Shown: positions 18,480 to 27,483, numbered from the stretch's first letter. The stretch: DNA of 46,396 bases from Candidatus Omnitrophota bacterium (GCA_016782485.1 JADHYK010000003.1:1-46396), one strand, 5' to 3'. Made by a program: numbers and translations. The notes: generated from the sequence alone by a model not told the origin.

Positions 18480-19657
18480 AGAAGGTTGTGCTTGCTTATT
18501 CCGGCGGCCTGGATACGTCCTGCATCGTAAGATGGTTAAAGGAGCAGGGGTATCAGGTAATCTGTTTTGTTGCCGACCTGGGACAGGGCCTGGGAAGAGG
18601 CGAGGATCTCGCTGCCATAGAAGAAAGGGCGCTTGCTGCCGGGGCGGCAAAGGTCTATATAAAAGACCTGCAGGAGGAATTTATAAAGGACTTTATCCTT
18701 CCGGCCTTAAAGGCAAATGCTATTTACGAAGGCAAATACTTATTAGCCACTGCCTTAGGCAGGCCTTTAATAGCCAAGCACCTTGTTCAGATTGCCCATA
18801 AAGAAAAAGCCGATTTAATCGCCCACGGCTGCACCGGAAAGGGCAACGACCAGGTGAGGTTTGAAGTAACCGCTGCTATACTGGATCCGAAATTAGAGGT
18901 TTTAGCCCCGGTAAGGGAATGGGAGTTTAAATCCAGGGAAGAGGAGATCGAATACGCCAGGATGTTCAATATCCCGGTTGATGTAACGAAGAAAAAACCC
19001 TACAGCATCGACAGGAACATCTGGGGGGTCAGTATAGAGGCGGGCATCCTGGAAGACCTGGAGCAGGAGCCTCCGGAGGACGCATACTTAATCACTAAAA
19101 GCCCGACTTATTTATCCGGCTATCCGAAATACATAGAGGTTTATTTTGAAAAAGGAGTGCCCAGGAGATTAGACGGTAAGGCCCATAAGTTGAAAAACTT
19201 AATCAGCGAACTCAATGAAATCGGCGGCCTGCACGGAGTAGGAAGGAGCGACCTGGTTGAAAACAGGCTGGTAGGCATAAAGTCCAGGGAGATTTACGAG
19301 GCCCCGGGGGCAACCATACTTTATACGGCGCATAAAGAGCTGGAGAGCCTGGTCCTGGACAGGGAGTGTGCGCATTTCAAGGAGCTGGTAGCGCTTAAAT
19401 ATTCGGAGCTCGTATATAACGGACTCTGGTATTCTCCGCTTAAAAAAGCGCTGGATGCATTCGTAAATTCAACGCAGGGCCATGTCAGCGGTTCTGTCCG
19501 GATGAAGTTATTCAAAGGCAATTGTATCGCCGTAGGCAGAAAGTCAAAGCATTCGCTGTATAAAAAGGAATTGAGCACTTACGGTAAAGAAGACAAGTTT
19601 GACCAGAAGCTGGCCGAGGGTTTTATCAAAATCTGGGCCATGCCGTATAAAAAATAG
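18476..19657 (+). CDS. argG: Argininosuccinate synthase
   Basis: LAYSGGLDTS, HGCTGKGNDQVRF and KSREIYEAP. Confidence 0.98.
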   Translation: MKKVVLAYSGGLDTSCIVRWLKEQGYQVICFVADLGQGLGRGEDLAAIEERALAAGAAKVYIKDLQEEFIKDFILPALKANAIYEGKYLLATALGRPLIAKHLVQIAHKEKADLIAHGCTGKGNDQVRFEVTAAILDPKLEVLAPVREWEFKSREEEIEYARMFNIPVDVTKKKPYSIDRNIWGVSIEAGILEDLEQEPPEDAYLITKSPTYLSGYPKYIEVYFEKGVPRRLDGKAHKLKNLISELNEIGGLHGVGRSDLVENRLVGIKSREIYEAPGATILYTAHKELESLVLDRECAHFKELVALKYSELVYNGLWYSPLKKALDAFVNSTQGHVSGSVRMKLFKGNCIAVGRKSKHSLYKKELSTYGKEDKFDQKLAEGFIKIWAMPYKK

Positions 19658-19688
19658 TCAATAGTCGATGGTCTATAGTCGATGGTAA
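19654..19688 (+). repeat. AT(A/G)GTCN heptamer x5
   Basis: atagtca atagtcg atggtct atagtcg atggtaa, spanning the argG stop. Confidence 0.75.
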
Positions 19689-19699
19689 AGAGGGGAAAA

Positions 19700-21085
19700 A
19701 TGAGTAAAAAACTTTGGGGTGGGAGGTTTAGTAAAAAGACAAACCCGTTGGTGGAAGATTTTACTAAGTCGATAGATGTAGATTATCTATTAGCAAGACA
19801 CGATATTATGGCTTCGCTAATACATACAAAAATATTGGCTAAGGCTAAGCTTATTTCTGAGCCGGAGTTTAAAATTCTGTATAAAGGCCTATCGGATATT
19901 CAGAATGAACTGGGCAAAGGCAAATTTAAATTTGATAAGAATTCAGAAGATATACATACAGATATACAGAATAAATTAGAAAGGAAAGTGGGTCCCGTGG
20001 CACTCAAATTGCATACTGCTAGATCAAGAAATGAGCAGGTAGTTTTTGATACCAAGAGATACTGTGTTTTTGAAGTATGTAATATTATAAATAAATCAAT
20101 CGGTGATTTTATAAAACAGATTGAAAAATTCGCTAATACTCATAAAAATATTATAATGCCTGGTTATACGCATATGCAGCATGCGCAACCTGTCAAATTC
20201 AAAGATTATATTCTTGCTTATGCATATATGTTAAAGCGGGATTCAAAGAGATTAGAGGACTCTTTGCATAGATTGACATACCCCTTGGGTTCGGGAGCGT
20301 TAGCAGGAACATCTATGGAAGCGAAATTATATAATGAGGCTGCGAAGGAAATTGCTGAAAAAATGGACCATCCGTTTTTTAAAGTAGTGGAAAACACTAT
20401 AGATAATATTAGCGATAGAGATTTTATTATAGAAATTTTGAGTGCTCTGGCAATCCTTGGTATGCACCTTTCGAGGATGGCAGAAGATTTTATTATTTGG
20501 TCAACGCAGGAATTCGGATTTATCGAAATAGACGATGCCTTTTGTACCGGTAGTTCTTTAATGCCACAGAAAAAGAATCCCGATACTTTAGAATTAATTA
20601 GGGGCCATACCGGAGAATTATACGGCAATTTAGTTTCGGTCCTTGTAATGATGAAGGGCTTGCCTTTAACTTATAACAGGGATATGCAATTAGATAAAAA
20701 ACCATTATTCAGCTCAATAAAGATTATCAAAGATGAACTGGAAATCTTAACCAGATTGATAGCCGGCATAAAGATCAATAAAGTAAATATTAAGAGACAG
20801 CTGGAAGAAGAATCTTTATATGCTACAGATTTAGCCTTTTATTTAGCCAAAAATAAAGTTCCCTTCAGGAAGGCGCATGAGATTATAGGTAAATTGATAA
20901 AGGATTCGCTAGATTTAAATAGAAGAATAAAAGACATGAAAGATGAAGAGCTGAAGAAATACTCTCCGTTTATTAACGGGAAAGTCATAAAAAATATATT
21001 TAATCCGATAACATCGGTTAATTCAAAAAAATCCTTTTCAAAAAAAAATCTATCCTGTAGAGTAACGGTTGTTGAGCCCCGATAA
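19700..21085 (+). CDS. argH: Argininosuccinate lyase
   Basis: LWGGRF, HTARSRNEQ, PGYTHMQHAQP and GSSLMPQKKNPD; start at ATG 19700 after a GAGGGG RBS. Confidence 0.96.
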   Translation: MSKKLWGGRFSKKTNPLVEDFTKSIDVDYLLARHDIMASLIHTKILAKAKLISEPEFKILYKGLSDIQNELGKGKFKFDKNSEDIHTDIQNKLERKVGPVALKLHTARSRNEQVVFDTKRYCVFEVCNIINKSIGDFIKQIEKFANTHKNIIMPGYTHMQHAQPVKFKDYILAYAYMLKRDSKRLEDSLHRLTYPLGSGALAGTSMEAKLYNEAAKEIAEKMDHPFFKVVENTIDNISDRDFIIEILSALAILGMHLSRMAEDFIIWSTQEFGFIEIDDAFCTGSSLMPQKKNPDTLELIRGHTGELYGNLVSVLVMMKGLPLTYNRDMQLDKKPLFSSIKIIKDELEILTRLIAGIKINKVNIKRQLEEESLYATDLAFYLAKNKVPFRKAHEIIGKLIKDSLDLNRRIKDMKDEELKKYSPFINGKVIKNIFNPITSVNSKKSFSKKNLSCRVTVVEPR

Positions 21086-21089
21086 TTAA

Positions 21090-21626
21090 ATGAGATACCG
21101 TAGTATTTTTCATCTCGCCTGCGAGGTATTTAAGAGGGAAGGTATTCGCGCTGTTTTGATTGGCGGCTTTGCGGTGAATTACTATAAGGTAACGCGCCAG
21201 AGCGCGGATGTTGATTTTTTAATTACCGAAGAGGATTTTAAGAAGATACTGCCTTTGTTTGAAGAGCAAGGATATAAGATAGATTATGCGCAGGAGGTAT
21301 TCGCCAGGCTCAAGAGCGACAATTTTTACCTGATGGATCTTGATTTCATGTTTGTGGATAGAGACACTCTGGATAAAATTGTTAAGGCAGCTAAAGTAGT
21401 CGCAATAGCCGAGCAGAAATTTATCGTTCCTTCTTTAGAGCATTTAATCGCGCTTAAGTTACATTCGTTGAAATATAATCCGGCATTGCGCGAGAATAAA
21501 GACCTCTCTGACATCGTTGAGTTGATTAGAATAAATAAAATGCAGGTAAAAACCAAGGAATTCAAGGAATTATGTCTTAAATTTGGCACAAAAGAACTCT
21601 ACGATAAAATTTTGCAAAAGATATAA
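21090..21626 (+). CDS. Minimal nucleotidyltransferase-fold protein (putative toxin-antitoxin component)
   Basis: LIGGFAVNYY..RQSADVDFL (GG...R..DxD), LIALKL and KDLSDI. Confidence 0.8.
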   Translation: MRYRSIFHLACEVFKREGIRAVLIGGFAVNYYKVTRQSADVDFLITEEDFKKILPLFEEQGYKIDYAQEVFARLKSDNFYLMDLDFMFVDRDTLDKIVKAAKVVAIAEQKFIVPSLEHLIALKLHSLKYNPALRENKDLSDIVELIRINKMQVKTKEFKELCLKFGTKELYDKILQKI

Positions 21627-21800
21627 ATGGAAGATTTAAAATTACCCATTATTAAAAAACCTTTACCTGCCGCCAAATGGCTGTCTATGGATGATTACGT
21701 AAGGTTCGTGACAATGAATATAAGATATACTTTGGATAAAAGAAATTACCGTAAATGGAAAAAATTAGCGGCTGTTAAAGAGAAATTCTCATTAGAATAA
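21627..21800 (+). CDS. 57-aa basic protein, partner of the nucleotidyltransferase (not in ORF track)
   Basis: MEDLKLPIIKKPLPAAKWLSMDDYVRFVTMNIRYTLDKRNYRKWKKLAAVKEKFSLE*; abuts the upstream stop (TAAATG) and ends 1 nt before lysA. Confidence 0.7.
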   Translation: MEDLKLPIIKKPLPAAKWLSMDDYVRFVTMNIRYTLDKRNYRKWKKLAAVKEKFSLE

Positions 21801-21801
21801 T

Positions 21802-23073
21802 ATGCACGAATTTAGATACATAAATAACCGGTTATATTGTGAGAAGGTCAAAGTTGAGGAGCTGGCGAGAAAGTTCGGTACCCCGCTTTATGTTTACAGC
21901 TACCACACCATGCTGGACCATTTTCATAAATTGCAGGCCGCCTTCAGGAGCGTGAAACCGCTCGTCTGTTATTCGGTCAAGGCAAACTCAAATTTAGCAA
22001 TCCTGAAGGCATTGGTGGATAAGGGTGCCGGCCTGGATATTGTTTCAGGCGGAGAGTTATACCGGGCGCTTAAAGCCGGGTGTCCTGCGCAAAAAATCGT
22101 CTATGCCTCGGTAGGCAAGACCGATAAAGAGATAGAAGAGGCGGTAAAGAAAGGGATACTTTTTTTTAACGTTGAATCCCTCCCGGAGCTGGAGAATATC
22201 AACCGTATCGCCGGGCGTTTTAAAAGACCCGTCAATGTGGCATTGCGCATAAACCCGGATGTGGAACCTAAAACGCATAAATTCATCACTACCGGAAAGA
22301 TTACTAATAAATTCGGCATTGATTTTGCAGTGGCTCGCAGGATTCTTTTATTGCGCCGGAGTTTGTGCAATATAAAAATCTGCGGCCTGCATATCCATAT
22401 CGGTTCCCAGATTACCGAGAGCGCGCCTTTTGTCGCCGCGATAAAAAAAGTCATCGCTTTCCTGGCAAGAATGAAGAATGAAGGCGTGACCCTGGAATAT
22501 TTAAACCTCGGCGGCGGCCTGGGGATAGTCTATGATAACGAGAAGCCGCAGACGGCAGTTAAATTTGCCGCTCAAGTTTTGCCGCTGTTGAAGAGAACCG
22601 GCCTCAAAGTTATTATGGAGCCGGGAAGGTTTATTATCGGTAACGCCGGAATTCTGGTGGCCAGGGTGTTGTATTGTAAATCTACGCCCAGAAAGAGATT
22701 CGTCATCGTTGATGCCGGAATGAATGATTTAATCCGGCCCTCTTTTTACAATGCCTACCACCAGATCCTGCCTATCCGCTATCCGCTATCCGCTATCCGC
22801 TATACGGAAAAAGTGGATATCGTCGGGCCGATCTGCGAAAGCGGGGATTTTTTTGCCAAAGACAGGCGCCTCCCCCGATTAAAAGAGGGGGATTTTATCG
22901 CGGTGATGAGCGCAGGGGCCTATGGTTTCAGTATGTCCTCCAACTATAATTCCCGGCGCAGGGCTAAAGAGGTTATGGTGGTCAAAGATAAGGCCTTCGT
23001 GATCAGAAAAAGGGAGAGTTTCCAGGATTTATTGCGTAACGAAATAATCCCCGCGTTTTTAATGGGGTTATAA
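21802..23073 (+). CDS. lysA: Diaminopimelate decarboxylase
   Basis: YSVKANSN, HIHIGSQ, LGGGLG, EPGRF and GPICESGD. Confidence 0.97.
   Translation: MHEFRYINNRLYCEKVKVEELARKFGTPLYVYSYHTMLDHFHKLQAAFRSVKPLVCYSVKANSNLAILKALVDKGAGLDIVSGGELYRALKAGCPAQKIVYASVGKTDKEIEEAVKKGILFFNVESLPELENINRIAGRFKRPVNVALRINPDVEPKTHKFITTGKITNKFGIDFAVARRILLLRRSLCNIKICGLHIHIGSQITESAPFVAAIKKVIAFLARMKNEGVTLEYLNLGGGLGIVYDNEKPQTAVKFAAQVLPLLKRTGLKVIMEPGRFIIGNAGILVARVLYCKSTPRKRFVIVDAGMNDLIRPSFYNAYHQILPIRYPLSAIRYTEKVDIVGPICESGDFFAKDRRLPRLKEGDFIAVMSAGAYGFSMSSNYNSRRRAKEVMVVKDKAFVIRKRESFQDLLRNEIIPAFLMGL
22772..22806 (+). repeat. CTATCCG x4 + CTATACG heptamer tract inside lysA
   Basis: Read directly; encodes PIRYPLSAIRYT. Confidence 0.9.
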
Positions 23074-23074
23074 G

Positions 23075-24106
23075 ATGGGAAAAATCAATCCTTCGAAAGC
23101 CCGGGCTAAAGCCCACGATTTACTCAGGATTGATACTGAGAGCGGCGTATTCTTTCCACGTCCTAAAGGGCGGGGTTCCAACGCCGCCGAATGTATCAAT
23201 CCTTCGAAAGCCCGGGCTAAAGCCCACGATTTACTCAGGATTGATACTGAGAGCGGCGTATTCTTTCCACGTCCTAAAGGGCGGGGTTCCAACGCCGCCG
23301 AATGTATCAATTTTACCAAAATGGTTGCCTCAGGTAATGACTTTATTGTGGTTGAGCGCCTGGCCAATCTGCCGGCCTCCCGGTTTAAAAAGACAGTGAG
23401 AGAGATTTGTGATAGAAAATACGCCGTAGGGGCAGACGGGGTGCTTTTGCTGGAGAAGTCTAAAAATGCGGATATCAGAATGCGCATCTTTAATGCCGAC
23501 GGCTCCGAGGCAGAAATGTGCGGCAACGGGGCGCGCTGTATTGCGTTATACATAAGCCGCAGGGGGAGTGCGCAGAAAAAAATAGAGACGATGGCCGGGA
23601 TAATCCAAGCGCAGGTAAACGGCGATAACGTAAAGATAAAGCTCACCGACCCCAAAGATATAAAACTGGATATTTCCCTTAAAGTCAACAACCGCGAGCT
23701 GGCAGTCAATTTTATCAATACCGGTGTCCCGCATACGGTGATCTTCGTAGAGGGCCTGCAGAATATAGACGTATTTGATTTAGGCAGGCAGATCCGTTAT
23801 CATAAAAAGTTTGCCCCGGCAGGGACGAACGTAGATTTTGTAGAAGTCTTCAATAATGATTCTATAGGGGTGAGGACCTACGAGAGGGGCGTCGAGGGGG
23901 AGACCCTTGCCTGCGGCACGGGAGTAGTTGCTGCGGCGTTAATTGCCGATTATAAGTTAAGAGCCGCAGATTTTAGAAAGATAAACGTGAAGACAAGAAG
24001 CGGGGAGGTATTGAGGGTATATTTTGAGAGGGTAGGCAGCGGTTTTGAAAATGTCTGGCTTGAGGGCAGGGTAAAAATAGCCTATACGGGGGCAATAAAG
24101 ATTTAG
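23075..24106 (+). CDS. dapF: Diaminopimelate epimerase with a 74-aa N-terminal insertion
   Basis: FTKMVASGNDF, AEMCGNGARC, GVPH, GTNVDF, TYERG and TLACGTG. Confidence 0.93.
   Translation: MGKINPSKARAKAHDLLRIDTESGVFFPRPKGRGSNAAECINPSKARAKAHDLLRIDTESGVFFPRPKGRGSNAAECINFTKMVASGNDFIVVERLANLPASRFKKTVREICDRKYAVGADGVLLLEKSKNADIRMRIFNADGSEAEMCGNGARCIALYISRRGSAQKKIETMAGIIQAQVNGDNVKIKLTDPKDIKLDISLKVNNRELAVNFINTGVPHTVIFVEGLQNIDVFDLGRQIRYHKKFAPAGTNVDFVEVFNNDSIGVRTYERGVEGETLACGTGVVAAALIADYKLRAADFRKINVKTRSGEVLRVYFERVGSGFENVWLEGRVKIAYTGAIKI
23084..23305 (+). repeat. Two identical tandem 111-bp palindromic elements in frame in dapF
   Basis: 23084-23194 equals 23195-23305; followed by ATCAAT, identical to the first 6 nt of the unit. 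Confidence 0.95.
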
Positions 24107-24116
24107 GAGGCAAATT

Positions 24117-24992
24117 ATGTTTAGCGGCTCAATTGTTGCCATAGTAACACCGTTTAAAAACGGGAAACTTGATGAGAATAAATTAAAGGAATTGGTTGAA
24201 TTTCAGCTAAAGAATGGCAGCAGCGGCATTGTGCCTTGCGGGACCACGGGGGAATCGGCGACCTTAAACTTCCAGGAGCACGAACGGGTTATCGAAGTTA
24301 CGATAAAGCAGGTCAACAAGAGAGTTCCGGTTATCGCAGGGACGGGCTCCAATTCCACGGAGGAGGCGATAATGTTGACCAGGGCTGCGGCCGTTGCAGG
24401 GGCAGACGCTTCGCTGCAGGTCTCGCCGTATTATAACCGTCCGACGCAAGCCGGACTTTATGAACACTTTAAAAAGATAGCCGATAGCGTGGGCATACCG
24501 ATTGTTCTTTATAATATAGCTTCGCGCACCGGCGTCAATATCGAGCCGGAGACGATCGCAAGATTGGCTGCGGATTGTAAAAATATTGTAGGCGTAAAAG
24601 AGGCTTCAGGGAGCCTGGACCAGATGTCGCGCATAAGATTATTGTGCGGGGAAAAATTCGATCTGATTTCCGGGGATGACAGCCTGACCCTGCCGATATT
24701 AAGCATAGGCGGCCGGGGTGTTATTTCGGTTATAGCCAACATTGTGCCTGAGGATGTGGCAGGTCTGGTCAGATCTTACCAGAAAGGCGACTTTACCAAA
24801 GCAGTACAGTTGCATTATAAGTTGCTGCCTTTGACTAAAGCCTTGTTTATAGAGACAAACCCCATACCGGTAAAGACGGCGATGGGGCTATTGCGGTTGT
24901 GCGAACCGGATTTAAGGCTTCCTATGTGCACGATGTTGCCGGAGAATCTGGAAAAACTTAAGAAAGCGTTAAAAGACTATGGATTGTTGTAA
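24117..24992 (+). CDS. dapA: 4-hydroxy-tetrahydrodipicolinate synthase
   Basis: GTTGES, PYYNRP, GVKEASG and ETNPIPVK. Confidence 0.97.
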   Translation: MFSGSIVAIVTPFKNGKLDENKLKELVEFQLKNGSSGIVPCGTTGESATLNFQEHERVIEVTIKQVNKRVPVIAGTGSNSTEEAIMLTRAAAVAGADASLQVSPYYNRPTQAGLYEHFKKIADSVGIPIVLYNIASRTGVNIEPETIARLAADCKNIVGVKEASGSLDQMSRIRLLCGEKFDLISGDDSLTLPILSIGGRGVISVIANIVPEDVAGLVRSYQKGDFTKAVQLHYKLLPLTKALFIETNPIPVKTAMGLLRLCEPDLRLPMCTMLPENLEKLKKALKDYGLL

Positions 24993-24997
24993 TTTTT

Positions 24998-25063
24998 TAG
25001 CGTTTAGCGGATAGCGTTTAGCGTATAGAAAAACTATCCGCTATACGCTCTACGCTATACGCC
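24998..25063. repeat. Inverted heptamer array (TAGCGNN / CTATNCG) hairpin
   Basis: tagcgtt tagcgga tagcgtt tagcgta tag -aaaaa- cta tccgcta tacgctc tacgcta tacgcc. Confidence 0.88.
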
Positions 25064-25077
25064 AACAGGAGAACAGC

Positions 25078-25791
25078 ATGATTAAGCTCGGAATCGCGGG
25101 TGTTTGCGGTAAAATGGGCAGGCGGATCTTGGAATTAGCGCAGAAAGATAGGGATTTTGAAGTTACCCTGGCCCTGGAAAGAAAAGGTACGCCGATGATC
25201 GGCAGGGAGATAGGTAAGCTCAAAATTTCATCCAGTCTCGATGGTTTGTTCCTGGCGGATGTATTCGTGGATTTTACTGCGCCCGAGGCGGCCGACGTCC
25301 ATCTGGATTATGTGGCAAAATACAAAAAAGCGCTTGTTTTAGGCACTACGGCCTTAAGCCAGGCACAATTAAAGAAGGTGGAGGAGGTTTCTAAAACAGT
25401 GCCGGTGGTATATTCCGTGAATATGTCCGTGGGGGTGAATGTTTTATTTTCCCTCTTGCCGCAGATAGCCCAGAGGTTAGGGCCCGATTACCGGATAGAA
25501 ATAGTAGAGGCGCACCACAAGGACAAAAAGGATGCGCCTTCAGGCACGGCAAAAAAAATGGCTCAGCTTTTAAGCGACGCCACAAAAAGAGAAGTCGCGG
25601 TCCACGCCGTAAGGCTGGGCGATATCGTGGGCGACCATACGGTTATTTTTTGCGGGAACTCCGAACGCATTGAAATAAAGCATCAGGCGCATTCGCGTGA
25701 TTTATTTGCACTGGGCGCGCTTAAGGCCGCCAAATGGATTAAAGGCAGGCCCGCAGGCCTTTATTCCATGCAGGACGTGTTGAAGCAGTAG
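25078..25791 (+). CDS. dapB: 4-hydroxy-tetrahydrodipicolinate reductase
   Basis: GVCGKMG, DFT, GTT and EAHHKDKKDAPSGTA. Confidence 0.96.
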   Translation: MIKLGIAGVCGKMGRRILELAQKDRDFEVTLALERKGTPMIGREIGKLKISSSLDGLFLADVFVDFTAPEAADVHLDYVAKYKKALVLGTTALSQAQLKKVEEVSKTVPVVYSVNMSVGVNVLFSLLPQIAQRLGPDYRIEIVEAHHKDKKDAPSGTAKKMAQLLSDATKREVAVHAVRLGDIVGDHTVIFCGNSERIEIKHQAHSRDLFALGALKAAKWIKGRPAGLYSMQDVLKQ

Positions 25792-25816
25792 TTAGTAGTT
25801 AGTAGTTAGTAGTTAG
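25789..25816 (+). repeat. TAGTTAG x4 (perfect)
   Basis: Begins at the dapB stop and is followed by the GGGGAGG RBS of dapL. Confidence 0.9.
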
Positions 25817-25824
25817 GGGGAGGG

Positions 25825-27009
25825 ATGTTTAAGGTTTCTAAAAGATTGAATTCACTTCCGCCGTATCTCTTTTTAGAGATTGATAAGGCAAAGAGAATTG
25901 CCCGGGCAGCAGGCAGGGATATTATCGATTTAGGTATAGGCGACCCTGACTGGCCCACGCCGAAATATATTATCGAAGCGCTGTATCAAGCGGCACATGA
26001 TCCGGCAACTCACCGTTATGCCCTTGACCAGGGGATGCCGGCGCTGCGGCGCTCTATTCAAGGCTGGTATCAGCGCAGATTTGCCGTTGAACTTAATCCC
26101 GACAGCGAAATCCTTCCTTTAATCGGTTCAAAAGAAGGCATCGCACATTTCCCCCTGGCCTTTATAAATGAAGGTGATTATTCGTTAGTGCCCGATCCCT
26201 GCTATCCTCCTTATAAAGGGGGAACAATTTTTGCCGGCGGCAGGCCGTATCTATTGCCGCTACTAGAGTCAAACGGCTTTTTACCGGATTTAGCAAAAAT
26301 CCCGCTTCATATCCGTAAGAAAGCCAGGTTAATCTACCTTAATTATCCCAATAACCCTACCGGTGCTACGGCAGAAAAAGACTTTTACCGGGAGGTTATC
26401 GCTTTTGCAAAAAAGAACAAAATTATTGTTATCTCAGACCTTGCCTATTCAGAGTTGAGCTACGAAGGCTATCAGCCCGCAAGCCTCCTGGAGGTCGAGG
26501 GCGCAAAGGATGTGGCAATAGAATTTCATTCGCTTTCTAAAACCTATAATATGACCGGCTGGCGCATCGGCTGGGCCTGCGGCAACCATAATCTGGTATC
26601 CGCGTTAGGTAAAGTCAAGTCCAACATTGATTCCGGTATATTCTCGGCGATTCAATTAGCAGGCATTGCTGCCCTGGAGGGGCCGGATGAGGATATCAGC
26701 AAAATGCGCAGCCTTTATCAACAGAGGCGCGATACCCTGATTGCAGGCTTAAGGTCTCTGGGCTGGCAGGTAACACCGCCCAGGGCGACCTTTTACGTGT
26801 GGATAAAAATTCCTAAAAAAACAGATTCCGTCAGATTCAGCTCCTTATTATTGGAAAAGGCGGATATCATTGTTACGCCCGGAGTGGGGTTCGGTAAATA
26901 CGGCGAGGGCTACATCAGGATAGCGCTTACCGTTGGGGAAGAGAGGATTAAAGAAGCGGTAAGGCGGTTAGAAAAAGTAATTGAGGCCAAAACTTATGGA
27001 ACAAAGTGA
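25825..27009 (+). CDS. dapL: LL-diaminopimelate aminotransferase
   Basis: PPYLFLEID, LGIGDPD, GSKEGIAH, NYPNNPTGA and SLSKTYNMTGWRIG; lies in the dap cluster, which lacks dapD/dapE. Confidence 0.88.
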   Translation: MFKVSKRLNSLPPYLFLEIDKAKRIARAAGRDIIDLGIGDPDWPTPKYIIEALYQAAHDPATHRYALDQGMPALRRSIQGWYQRRFAVELNPDSEILPLIGSKEGIAHFPLAFINEGDYSLVPDPCYPPYKGGTIFAGGRPYLLPLLESNGFLPDLAKIPLHIRKKARLIYLNYPNNPTGATAEKDFYREVIAFAKKNKIIVISDLAYSELSYEGYQPASLLEVEGAKDVAIEFHSLSKTYNMTGWRIGWACGNHNLVSALGKVKSNIDSGIFSAIQLAGIAALEGPDEDISKMRSLYQQRRDTLIAGLRSLGWQVTPPRATFYVWIKIPKKTDSVRFSSLLLEKADIIVTPGVGFGKYGEGYIRIALTVGEERIKEAVRRLEKVIEAKTYGTK

Positions 27010-27071
27010 ACATAAGTTTTATGGCCGAACTTATCCTGAGGCCGCCAGGGTTTATGGCGGACGAAGGATCT
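26982..27071 (-). repeat. Composite palindromic element (copy 4, inverted) overlapping the dapL 3' end
   Basis: TGAGGCC-AAAACTTATG gaacaaagtgaa CATAAGTTTT-atGGCCGAAC followed by ATCCTGAG-gCCGCCA...TGGCGGa-CGAAGGATCT. Confidence 0.88.
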
Positions 27072-27081
27072 CAACATTGAA

Positions 27082-27483
27082 ATGATTGTCTGTTATATAG
27101 GCACCGGTTCCAACCTTGGCAACAGGCTTGAAAACTTAAGGGTTGCAGTTAAAAAAGTCAATTCCTTAAAAAATACAAAAGTGCTTAAGAGTTCCAGAAT
27201 AATCCAGACCAAGCCGCTGGGCGGCCCGCGCAGGCAGCCGGAATTTTTGAATGCTGTTTTAAAAATCCGCACAAAACTTTCTGCTCTGCTGCTTCTGAAA
27301 AGCCTTAAAGCAATAGAAAAAGAGTTGGGCAGAAAAAAGAGCGTGCGTTTCGGCCCCCGGGTAATAGACCTGGATATATTATTATACGGGGATAAGATTA
27401 TAGAAACAAAAGACCTCGTTGTCCCGCACCCGAGAATCTTTGAGAGGGATTTTGTGCTGAGGCCTTTACTGGAGATAATATGA
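27082..27483 (+). CDS. folK: 2-amino-4-hydroxy-6-hydroxymethyldihydropteridine diphosphokinase
   Basis: GSNLGNR, FLNAV, RFGPRVIDLDIL and VPHPR. Confidence 0.95.
   Translation: MIVCYIGTGSNLGNRLENLRVAVKKVNSLKNTKVLKSSRIIQTKPLGGPRRQPEFLNAVLKIRTKLSALLLLKSLKAIEKELGRKKSVRFGPRVIDLDILLYGDKIIETKDLVVPHPRIFERDFVLRPLLEII

Noticed and set aside
23084-23305. dapF duplication as a CRISPR array or intein
   Set aside because: There is no spacer between the copies; 37-aa units are too short for an intein and lack the N-terminal Cys/Ser and C-terminal His-Asn motifs.
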